Assembly: GCA_963817895.1 (NCBI GenBank)
Contig: CAWFQB010000002.1
Span: 693,973 to 757,972 of the forward strand
Source: an uncultured Chthonomonadaceae bacterium
GTDB lineage: Bacteria; Armatimonadota; Chthonomonadetes; Chthonomonadales; Chthonomonadaceae
Direction: 5' to 3'
DNA length: 64,000 nucleotides
Part shown: piece by piece, positions 20,332-28,146 of the stretch
Layout of the letters: every line of letters begins with the position of its first letter
How positions within the stretch are numbered: position 1 is the first letter of the stretch
Notes under the pieces: generated by a model
Told to the model about the DNA's origin: nothing
What the model saw: the letters and a program-made list of their open reading frames with translations, nothing else
The model's database searches: none
Made by a program: the position numbers and the translations under genes

Positions 20332-21390
20332 ATGCCCCTTCCCCAACTGACGCGGCGCGAAATGATCGCGGGCGGCGCAATCCTGACTGCCGCCGCGCTT
20401 GGCGAACCGGCAAGCGCCCGACAGCGCAAAACCACGCTTTATCAGGCCACGCAGGACTTTCTTGCCACGCTGGACGCGGCGGAAAAGCAAAAGGCCGTTC
20501 TCCCGTTTAACACGGAAGAGCGGCTCAACTGGTACTACGTTCCCAAAGAGCGTAAGGGGCTGCACTACAAAGACATGAACGCCGCGCAACAACAGGCCGC
20601 CCATGCCCTGCTCCTCGTCGGACTGAGCCAGAGCGGATACAAGAAGGTGGAAACCATCCGGCAGCTTGAAAACGTGCTGCGCGAAATGGAGAACGGCAAG
20701 GGCCCGACCCGCGATCCGGGCCTGTACTACTTTACCGTTTTCGGCGAACCTGCCGCGCGGGGAACGTGGGGACTGCGCTACGAGGGGCATCACGTATCCC
20801 TGAACTGGACATCGCTCAAGGGCAAAATCATTGCCAGCAGCCCGCAGTTTCTGGGCAGCAACCCCGCCGAAGTCCGAACGGGAACTCAAAAGGGAACCCG
20901 CGTTCTCGCCGCCGAGGAGGATTTGGCCCGCGCGCTCGTGAAATCTCTCAATGAGGAGCAGCGCAAAACAGCCGTCATCAGCGACAAGGCCCCCGGCGAT
21001 ATTGTCACCACGAACGCGCGTAAGGCGGGTATTCTGGAAGACAAAGGCATCGCGTACAAAGAGTTGAGCAAGGATCAGCAGGGCATGTTTCTGAGCCTGC
21101 TGCACGAGTACGCCAATGTGCAGGTCGAGGAGATCGCCCGCCAGCGTCTGGAGGCCATTCGCAAGGCGGGCATGGCGCAGGTGAAGTTCGCCTGGATGGG
21201 CGGATTGGAACGTGGGCTGCCCCACTACTACCGTATTCAGGGCGCGACGTTTTTAGTGGAGTACGACAACACGCAAAACGACGCCAACCACATCCATACC
21301 GTGTGGCGGGACTTTCAGGGCGATTGGGGCGCGGACCTCCTCGCCCTCCACTACCACACCGCCGACCACGATCACGGACACGATGTTTAA
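20332..21390 (+). CDS. DUF3500 domain protein, Tat signal
   Basis: TRREMI Tat motif, WYYVP..RKG, YYFTVFG.P, WG.R.EGHH.SLN, YYRIQG..FLVEYDN...NHIH.VWRD. GGAGGT RBS before 20332 (alternative starts 20251/20269). Confidence 0.9.
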   Translation: MPLPQLTRREMIAGGAILTAAALGEPASARQRKTTLYQATQDFLATLDAAEKQKAVLPFNTEERLNWYYVPKERKGLHYKDMNAAQQQAAHALLLVGLSQSGYKKVETIRQLENVLREMENGKGPTRDPGLYYFTVFGEPAARGTWGLRYEGHHVSLNWTSLKGKIIASSPQFLGSNPAEVRTGTQKGTRVLAAEEDLARALVKSLNEEQRKTAVISDKAPGDIVTTNARKAGILEDKGIAYKELSKDQQGMFLSLLHEYANVQVEEIARQRLEAIRKAGMAQVKFAWMGGLERGLPHYYRIQGATFLVEYDNTQNDANHIHTVWRDFQGDWGADLLALHYHTADHDHGHDV

Positions 21391-21404
21391 GTTGAGAGTG
21401 GAGA

Positions 21405-21498
21405 CAGGTTCAGCCGTGATGATGTGGGCGAGTTCCTCGCGCATTATATCAGGCAGAAGACAGGCCGGAAGCGAAATTCGCTTCCGGCCTGTCTTCTG
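21405..21498 (+). repeat. double-hairpin direct repeat copy A (second hairpin terminator-like)
   Basis: caggttcagccgtgatgatgtgggcgagttcctcgcg...cagaagacaggccggaagcg-aaatt-cgcttccggcctgtcttctg, matches 22456-22547. Confidence 0.9.
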
Positions 21499-21524
21499 TT
21501 GTTCTGGCGCATTCTGATGCTGTA

Positions 21525-21537
21525 TGCTATAATAGCA
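21525..21537 (+). promoter_or_regulatory. extended -10 promoter element (TGcTATAAT) within palindrome TGCTATAATAGCA
   Basis: Consensus TGn-TATAAT just upstream of ATG 21561. Near-identical TGCTAAAATAGCA at 12955-12967. Confidence 0.55.
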
Positions 21538-21560
21538 AACATAATCGAATTTGCAAACCT

Positions 21561-22076
21561 ATGACAACTAACGTCGCAAACACATTTCTGGAGCATCTGT
21601 TCCATCCTGACTGGCCGCTGCCACCGATGTGGAAGGATGAAAATACTGCATCGGCTATTGTTGATAGCTGCCTGACAACCGGCGGCGCAACATTTAGCCT
21701 GTATTTCGGCAGTCAATCAGAACAATCGTTGTACGCCGTTGGCCTGGACAATAATCTAACACGGACGCTTGCGCCGGAACAGTTGGATACAGGGTTGGTT
21801 TTGTTCATGCGGCAACATCGAGAACTGTTGGCGCACCCGCGTTGTTGTATCGGTGTCTGGCAGGCGCCTGATGCGGACGGCAGCGAGAAAGTCTGGCTTG
21901 ATGTCGCGGTTCTTGTCTACAACGAGGCTCGCGCGCGAGAATTTGCGCAGGCAGGAAACCAAATCGCCTTTTTCGATCTACGACCAGATGGCGCGGGTGA
22001 GATTACAACTGGCGGCACGGGCGAGTCAAGTCTGGAACGATTGCGCCGCCTCGTCGCGCAAGATGTGCCGGATTGA
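21561..22076 (+). CDS. hypothetical protein, phage-like GGATF...GxW...xLDV...A...Q.AxFDL family
   Basis: 171-aa ORF behind a consensus promoter. Motif recalled from phage proteins, not verified. Confidence 0.7.
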   Translation: MTTNVANTFLEHLFHPDWPLPPMWKDENTASAIVDSCLTTGGATFSLYFGSQSEQSLYAVGLDNNLTRTLAPEQLDTGLVLFMRQHRELLAHPRCCIGVWQAPDADGSEKVWLDVAVLVYNEARAREFAQAGNQIAFFDLRPDGAGEITTGGTGESSLERLRRLVAQDVPD

Positions 22077-22091
22077 CAGGAGGGCCGTTTG

Positions 22092-22436
22092 ATGAGCAGT
22101 GACATAGCAACAATTAATGACCGACAACCAGAGACCGAATTGGGAAAGCAAACGCAATGGATGCGAGTGCGGTTTGCGGGAATGACTTCAGGCCAGCCGC
22201 CACGCGCCACGTTTCATGCCACATTAACGCTGCGCAGTGGAAATACGCGCCATGTTTCACAGGCAGTTCGCGTGACCGACGAAAGCCTTCAACTTCGGCT
22301 TCTGAAACTGCCCGATGGGGCGGAAGTTCGCGTCTGCACCGAAACGGATTGGGATGCCCCTGATATTCCCGTGACTCTGATTGATTTCTGCTGTGTCGCG
22401 CCGGAAATGCCTGATGTTGCGCAGCAAACAACCTGA
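22092..22436 (+). CDS. small hypothetical beta-rich protein
   Basis: AGGAGG RBS right after the upstream stop; likely operon partner of 21561..22076. Confidence 0.65.
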   Translation: MSSDIATINDRQPETELGKQTQWMRVRFAGMTSGQPPRATFHATLTLRSGNTRHVSQAVRVTDESLQLRLLKLPDGAEVRVCTETDWDAPDIPVTLIDFCCVAPEMPDVAQQTT

Positions 22437-22455
22437 GACTGCAATGGAAGGGCGT

Positions 22456-22547
22456 CAGGTTTAGCCGTGATGATGTAGGCGAGTTCCTCGCGCCTTACAT
22501 CAGGCAGAAAACAGGCCGAAAGCGAACTTCGCTTTCGGCCTGTTTTC
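22456..22547 (+). repeat. double-hairpin direct repeat copy B
   Basis: Diverged copy of 21405-21498 with compensatory stem changes. Confidence 0.9.
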
Positions 22548-22590
22548 GTTTCGGCTTGCGCCGGAGTGATAAAGCCTGCTTGTGTCAAAA

Positions 22591-23337
22591 TCAGGCGCGG
22601 CGTTTTCGGCTTCGACGCAGCAACAGACTACCGCCAACAGTCAGGCTTGCCAGCAAAGCCACATTGCCGGGTTCGGGAACGGCGGTGGCGGTGGGCGCGG
22701 CGATAGCGAGAGGGTTTCCGCCGCCTGCCGGAGCCTGCGAATCGTCACTGGCGAAGGTTTGCAGGGTCAGGGGATCGCCGGTCAGGTCGGTAAGCAGAAA
22801 CACATCCGCGCCAACGTCCGCAAGTCCGAGCGTGGGCAGTTCAATACCCGTGTTGTCCAGAATGGCGAAGGTGAACTCATCCGGCGTTCCGCTCGCGTCG
22901 GCATTATTGGTCAGCGTCACGTCAAAGTTCAGTTCGTTTCCCGGCGTGAATGTCTGCGCGAAGTCGTTCAGCAGGTCGGTATCGGTAAGCGTGACGCCCG
23001 ATGCAAGGTCGCCGGACGCGCCGTTTATTGTCGCGGACGTCCCCATGCCGCTGCCCCCGCCAAAATTGAAGTTGAACAGGTGAACCGTATTGTTGGCGTC
23101 ACCGGGCGTGTTGCCGCTGCCGTCCGTAAACTGGAAGTTCAGAGCGAACGGCCCCGCCGCGTGGCCCACAAGCGGCGCAGTGTCCATGCGAATGTGGTAC
23201 GACTGCGTTTGCGCCCCACATAATGCCCCTGCGCACAGCAGAGCCAGAGCAGAAAACAGGCGCATGGCGCAAGCGGTTTTCAGGGTCAATCCGCGCAAGG
23301 GTTGATGAAAGGGGTATTGAAGTTGAAAAGGTTTCAA
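22591..23337 (-). CDS. PEP-CTERM sorting domain protein
   Basis: Signal peptide and C-terminal VPEPG-hydrophobic-RRSRKRRA. Start may be ATG 23265. Confidence 0.9.
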   Translation of the reverse strand: MKPFQLQYPFHQPLRGLTLKTACAMRLFSALALLCAGALCGAQTQSYHIRMDTAPLVGHAAGPFALNFQFTDGSGNTPGDANNTVHLFNFNFGGGSGMGTSATINGASGDLASGVTLTDTDLLNDFAQTFTPGNELNFDVTLTNNADASGTPDEFTFAILDNTGIELPTLGLADVGADVFLLTDLTGDPLTLQTFASDDSQAPAGGGNPLAIAAPTATAVPEPGNVALLASLTVGGSLLLRRSRKRRA

Positions 23338-24878
23338 GGCTGGGTTCCTCCGGCAAGAATGCGCGTGGCGTAGCTGAAAGCCCGATTGGATGGGTTGCTG
23401 AATTGCAGCGTGACCGTGACGCTGGCCCCCGGCGCGAGACGATTACCGGAGGCAGGATACACGGTCATATAGGGACTGTTGAACGGCGCGAGCGATTGGG
23501 TCAGGCCGTTTGAGGAAGCCAGAGTCACGCCGGGAGACAGGCCATCGAGGGCGAGAAACAGGCTGCGCGGAATGGACGCGGACGAGATATTTTGCAGCGT
23601 GATTTGCTGCGTATACAGGTTCGTGCCGCGATTAAAACGCAGCCCGCCCCGCGTGACGCGCATCTGTGAGGTGACATTGTGGAGGCCGCGATTGTTCAGC
23701 AGGACGCTGGCGTCGTCGCTGTTAAAGTTCGCCGTAACCAGATCGGGAAAGCCGTCGCCGTTGAAATCGCCAACGGTCAACTGGTTTGGGCCGTCCCCGC
23801 TAATGGCGTAGGTTTGCGCGGTTCCAAATGTGCCGTCTCCGTTGCCGGGCAGAACGCTTACCGAGTTGCCATTGTAGTTGGCGGTAACGAGGTCCAGTTT
23901 GCCGTCGCCGGTGATGTCCGCGATGACAAGGCCGTCCGGCCCCGAACCGCTGTCAATGGGGATAATCTGTCGCGCCTGAAACGTTCCGTCGCCGTTGCCG
24001 AAGTAAACGCTCAGAGTGTCGTCGCTGTATCCGGGAACCACGACATCAAGATTGCCGTCGTGGTTCAGGTCGGCGACGGCAACGGCATACGGGTTCTGGC
24101 CTACCGGCAGATCATTGGACGCTCCGAAGGTTCCGTCGCCGTTGTTGAGCAGCGTGGAAAAGGTTCCGCCGAAGGAGTTGGCGGTAACGATGTCGAGTTT
24201 GCCGTCGTGGTTGACATCGGCAAGGACGATGGCCTGCGGGCCGCTACCGGCGGCGTAAAGCTGAACCGGCTGAAAGGTTCCATCGCCGTTGCCGAGCAGA
24301 ACGCCAACCGTATCATTTTCGTAGTTGGCGGTGACGATATCCGGCTTGCCATCCCCGTTCACGTCGCCAATGGCAACCCCTTCCGGCACGGCATCCGTCG
24401 CGAACGTTTGCTGTGGCTGAAAGGTTCCATCGCCGTTGCCGAGCCGGACGGTGACATTGCCATTGTTGGTGCTGGCGGTCACAATGTCGGGCTTGCCATC
24501 GCCGTTCACATCCGCGACAGCCATGCTTTCCGGCCTGCTTCCAACGGCATATTCCTGCGGGTCCTGAAAGGTTCCATCGCCGTTGCCAAGCAGGATGCTG
24601 ACGCCGCTGACCCGCCGGTTCAGGACGGCGAGGTCGGGAATGCCATCCCCGTTGAAATCGGCAACTACGGACGCATACGCGCCAAAATCCGTTGGATACC
24701 TGTCATCCGGCCCGAAAAGCGGAGGCTGCGCGCAAGCAGGGCGCGACAGGCTCACAAGGGCAATCAGGGCAAACAGGGCTGCGGACACGGCGAACCGCAA
24801 ACAGCCCACAGAAGCGATTTTAGCATAAATGAGGCGCCGGGTTCGCGCCACATCGGGCGGGAAACACAAGACAGACAT
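23334..24878 (-). CDS. secreted FG-GAP/VCBS repeat beta-propeller protein with C-terminal beta-sandwich
   Basis: Seven DxNGDGxxDxxxxN...LGNGDGTF repeats. AGGAG RBS at ATG 24878. Confidence 0.92.
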   Translation of the reverse strand: MSVLCFPPDVARTRRLIYAKIASVGCLRFAVSAALFALIALVSLSRPACAQPPLFGPDDRYPTDFGAYASVVADFNGDGIPDLAVLNRRVSGVSILLGNGDGTFQDPQEYAVGSRPESMAVADVNGDGKPDIVTASTNNGNVTVRLGNGDGTFQPQQTFATDAVPEGVAIGDVNGDGKPDIVTANYENDTVGVLLGNGDGTFQPVQLYAAGSGPQAIVLADVNHDGKLDIVTANSFGGTFSTLLNNGDGTFGASNDLPVGQNPYAVAVADLNHDGNLDVVVPGYSDDTLSVYFGNGDGTFQARQIIPIDSGSGPDGLVIADITGDGKLDLVTANYNGNSVSVLPGNGDGTFGTAQTYAISGDGPNQLTVGDFNGDGFPDLVTANFNSDDASVLLNNRGLHNVTSQMRVTRGGLRFNRGTNLYTQQITLQNISSASIPRSLFLALDGLSPGVTLASSNGLTQSLAPFNSPYMTVYPASGNRLAPGASVTVTLQFSNPSNRAFSYATRILAGGTQP

Positions 24879-24906
24879 AACAAACTCCTTTATACGATAG
24901 CAGACA

Positions 24907-25054
24907 GTCGGCGGGCGCGGCAAACCTGTAAGAGCCTATCCTCACAGGGAAAAGCATTTACGTCCTTCGGACGTTTAGCCGCAGGCTACGCAGACGGGTA
25001 CGTTCTCTGTACCCGGCCTATTGGGACAGGCTCTCATGCGCCGCATCCGCCGAC
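24907..25054. ncRNA. candidate multibranch structured RNA between the two FG-GAP genes
   Basis: Nested pairings gtcggcgg/ccgccgac and agagcct/aggctct enclose hairpins acgtc-cttcg-gacgt and gggtac-N7-gtaccc. Confidence 0.4.
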
Positions 25055-25063
25055 AGGGAAGCG

Positions 25064-26521
25064 TCAGGGCTGAACGCCGCCGGCAAGAACGCGCGGCGTG
25101 TAGCTGATGGCGCGGTTGGACGGATTGCGGAACTGAAGCGTGGCCGATACAGCCGCTCCGGGCAATAATCCCCCGGCAGGCACATACACGCGCTGATAGG
25201 GGCTGTGAAGCGTGCCGATGTTTTGCGTTGTGCCGTTGGAGGAGGCGAGCGTCACGCCCGGAGTCAGGTTGTCCACCGCGAGGAACACGCTGCCGCTGAA
25301 CGTGTTCAGGCCGGTATTCTTGAGCGTCACTCGCTGCGTGTACAAACTGGTTCCAGTTGCAAGTTTGGGGACGCTGGCGGACAGGGAGAATTGGGAACTG
25401 ATGTTGGCCCCGCCCTCGTTGTTGAGCAGAACGCTGATGGAGTTGCCGGCCGTGTTGGTCGTGATGATGTCGGGCTGGCCGTCGCCATTCAGATCGGCAA
25501 GCACAACGGCGGCGGGGCTGGTTCCGGTACGATACGGGGTTGCCGCGCTCAGGCTGCCATCCAGCATACCGCGCAGGGTGTTGACCTGATTGCCGCCCGT
25601 ATCGGTTATCACATAATCGGGTTGGGCGTCGTCATTCAGATTGGCAATGGCAAGGCTGCTCGCGTTGCTGCCGCCATCGTAAAGCGCGTCCTGAAAGGTT
25701 CCATCGCCGTTGCCGAATCGCGTGCGGAGGTCCGTGCCGCCATTCGCCGCGACAAGGTCGAGAAAGCCGTCGTTGTTGACATCTACTGCCACGACGGCAA
25801 CCGGATTCGGGGCGGTGGGCAATGTGGGGGCGGGCGTGAAGGTTCCATTGCCGTTGCCGAGCAGAACGCTAAGGGTCGCGTCGCCGTAATTGGGCGTCAC
25901 AATATCTAGTTTGCCGTCGCCATTCAGGTCGGCAAGAACCACGCCGCGCGGCTGGCTGCCCACAGCAATCGCCACCTGCGGCTGAAAGGTTCCGTTGCCG
26001 TTGCCGATGAGGATGCTGATCGCGCCATCGCCGGAATTGGCGGTCACAATGTCGGGCTTGCCGTCGCCGTTCAGATCGCCAATGGCAAGGCCGTCAGGAT
26101 TGCTGCCAACGGGAAGCGTGGCCTGTGGCTGGAAAGTGCCATTGCCGTTGCCGCGCAGGAGGGAAACCGTATTGTCGTCGGCGTTGACCGTGACGAGATC
26201 GAGTTTACCGTCGCCATCCAGATCGGCAAGGACGAGGGCGCGGGGATTGTTGCCGACAGCCACCATGCGCTGCGGCTGAAAGGTTCCATTGCCGTTGCCG
26301 ATGAGGACGCTGACGGAAGCGTTTCCGGCATTGGCGGTCACAATGTCGGGGATGCCATCGCCGTTCAGATCGCCGACGGCAGACGCCGAGGGCCGGAGTC
26401 CGACCCCGGTAGTGATAGCCGCCTGAAACAGAATGGGCGGGTTGATGCACCCGGACAACGCGCAGGCGGCAAAGCCGAGCAGCGCGCCGGGAAGCGTGAG
26501 CGAACGTGTGCGGTTCATCAT
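25064..26521 (-). CDS. FG-GAP/VCBS repeat protein, probable lipoprotein, paralog of 23334..24878
   Basis: LSGC lipobox, seven DLNGDGxxD repeats, same C-terminal YTQ..TL.N...LQF.NPSNRA.SY..R.LAGG.QP domain. Confidence 0.9.
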   Translation of the reverse strand: MMNRTRSLTLPGALLGFAACALSGCINPPILFQAAITTGVGLRPSASAVGDLNGDGIPDIVTANAGNASVSVLIGNGNGTFQPQRMVAVGNNPRALVLADLDGDGKLDLVTVNADDNTVSLLRGNGNGTFQPQATLPVGSNPDGLAIGDLNGDGKPDIVTANSGDGAISILIGNGNGTFQPQVAIAVGSQPRGVVLADLNGDGKLDIVTPNYGDATLSVLLGNGNGTFTPAPTLPTAPNPVAVVAVDVNNDGFLDLVAANGGTDLRTRFGNGDGTFQDALYDGGSNASSLAIANLNDDAQPDYVITDTGGNQVNTLRGMLDGSLSAATPYRTGTSPAAVVLADLNGDGQPDIITTNTAGNSISVLLNNEGGANISSQFSLSASVPKLATGTSLYTQRVTLKNTGLNTFSGSVFLAVDNLTPGVTLASSNGTTQNIGTLHSPYQRVYVPAGGLLPGAAVSATLQFRNPSNRAISYTPRVLAGGVQP

Positions 26522-26776
26522 CCTGGATTTTCCTGTCAATAGATAGATTGGGAAACGTGACATCTGTTGCCGGAGCAACGGACGCGAAAGGCGACAACGA
26601 CTTGAGTGCGATTGTCGGGGCGCGATATTCCCGCGCCCGTAACAAAAGCTCAAGTCCACGAGGTCAGTATAAGGGGCAAACGTGGCATGAAACGTGGCAA
26701 AAAAGACCTTAAAACAGGATATTCGCAGAATTAAGCCGCTTTTTGACAGCAAAGGTAAATAAGTGGGTACGAATGT

Positions 26777-26809
26777 CTAACACCCGGATTGTTATAATCC
26801 GGGTGTTAG
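26777..26809. terminator. perfect hairpin, probable terminator of the minus-strand genes
   Basis: ctaacacccggatt-gttat-aatccgggtgttag. Confidence 0.65.
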
Positions 26810-26840
26810 GCCTGGGGCTAATGGATTGTCAGGACTGGGG

Positions 26841-27131
26841 CTAATGGACGCTTCCAGAATGGGGGGCGCGCAGCGCGGGAAGTCCGCTAAGTTTGAGTTG
26901 CTTCTGATTACGCGCCTGCGGGCGAAGTTCGTCCTGCGTCCCGATGCCGCCCCAATGGACAACCGCAACGCCGAGACATGCCAGAGCTACCCCTGCGATA
27001 GCCATAGCATAAGGCAGGTTCAGGCCGGAAATCGGCATTGTGTCGGCGTGGGGCAGACCTTTTGCCTTACCCGATGTTGAAAGCGACGCGATATTGTTGT
27101 GGCGACGATGAATGGTGATGACTTTTGCCAA
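26841..27131 (-). CDS. possible small membrane protein
   Basis: TTG start downstream of the DUF1559 gene and one hydrophobic segment (AMAIAGVALACLGVAVVHWGG). Confidence 0.3.
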   Translation of the reverse strand: MAKVITIHRRHNNIASLSTSGKAKGLPHADTMPISGLNLPYAMAIAGVALACLGVAVVHWGGIGTQDELRPQARNQKQLKLSGLPALRAPHSGSVH

Positions 27132-27174
27132 TGTATTTTCTTTCTCTATATAATGCGCCAGGCGCCTGCCAGTA

Positions 27175-28032
27175 TCAATTCTTCCAGAATGTCGTAAGCC
27201 CTGCCTGCGCCTGTAGGTATGCAAGGCACGTCTGGGATGCCCCCGGGTAGGCTGGCCCGTCCGGGTTGGCGCACCACTTCCCATAGTCTTCCGCGCGCCT
27301 GGGAAAAGCGACCTTTGTGCCATCGGAGTAGACGCCGCCCTGCCAGGACAGGGATTTGGCATGACCATCCGCGTACAGCATATTAAAATGACCGCCATGC
27401 CGCAGGTCACTGTTGTGGCTGCCCGCGAAATTACTCAGTATCGCATTGTAAGCAACCGTGTAGAATGGATAATCGTAGGTATCGCCGAAAGCGAAGGTGT
27501 CAGCGGGAGCGGCCAGAGCCGCCAGAGATTGGCCGGCGGCCACATACGCGTTGCCTGCCTGGTAAACAGGCTGCGCCAATCCTCCGCCGCCATAAACGTT
27601 GACACCAAAATTGTAGCCATAGCCCATACAGCGATCACTGTGGAACCCGACTTCGGTAAATCCCTGGCTGTTGCAATCCCTGGCGGTTCGGTCGGGACAA
27701 AGGAAAACGTCCTCATTGTTGATGTAGGAACGGAGGGCGGTGGAAACATCATAGGCGAGATTAGAGGACGCGCTCCCGACGAGAACCAACGTGGGGTAAG
27801 TCTCATCGTTGTCTTGCGTGTACATAATCAGAGCGCTGCCAAGCTGTCTGGTATTGCTCAGGCAGGCCGTCTTGCGCGCGCTTGCCCGAACTTGCGCAAA
27901 CACAGGAAAGAGGATCGCGGCAAGAATCGCGATGATCGCGATGACGACAAGCAATTCTATGAGTGTGAAGCCATAGCGTCGGCCTCGTATCAACGGCCAA
28001 CTGGAAGGGTCGTATGAACTGAAAGTGTGCAT
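27175..28032 (-). CDS. prepilin-type N-terminal cleavage/methylation, DUF1559/H-X9-DG family protein
   Basis: [31 protein letters not shown] and [14 protein letters not shown]. Confidence 0.92.
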   Translation of the reverse strand: MHTFSSYDPSSWPLIRGRRYGFTLIELLVVIAIIAILAAILFPVFAQVRASARKTACLSNTRQLGSALIMYTQDNDETYPTLVLVGSASSNLAYDVSTALRSYINNEDVFLCPDRTARDCNSQGFTEVGFHSDRCMGYGYNFGVNVYGGGGLAQPVYQAGNAYVAAGQSLAALAAPADTFAFGDTYDYPFYTVAYNAILSNFAGSHNSDLRHGGHFNMLYADGHAKSLSWQGGVYSDGTKVAFPRRAEDYGKWCANPDGPAYPGASQTCLAYLQAQAGLTTFWKN

Positions 28033-28146
28033 TGTTTATTCCAATCTGAGGCGCGGAACACGCCGTAAATGACAAATATAGCAGAGTATTGGCAGCAGTA
28101 TCCGTGAACCTTACCCATCATGCGCAGATATTCCTGGAGTTGATTG

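Noticed and set aside
21405..22547. Integron attC sites
   Set aside because: No RYYYAAC...GTTRRRY box pair, and the recombinase at 49740 shows no evident IntI-specific features.
24907..25054. c-di-GMP-I riboswitch
   Set aside because: Could not find the GGCAAA..GAAA..GGACGCAAA consensus in correct order on either strand.
23679..25073. 464-aa plus-strand ORF and similar long antisense ORFs (6267, 20194, 47035)
   Set aside because: Shadows of high-GC genes with clear motifs on the opposite strand.
26812..26847. ctggggctaatgga repeated twice
   Set aside because: Only two short copies beside a hairpin; no function can be supported.
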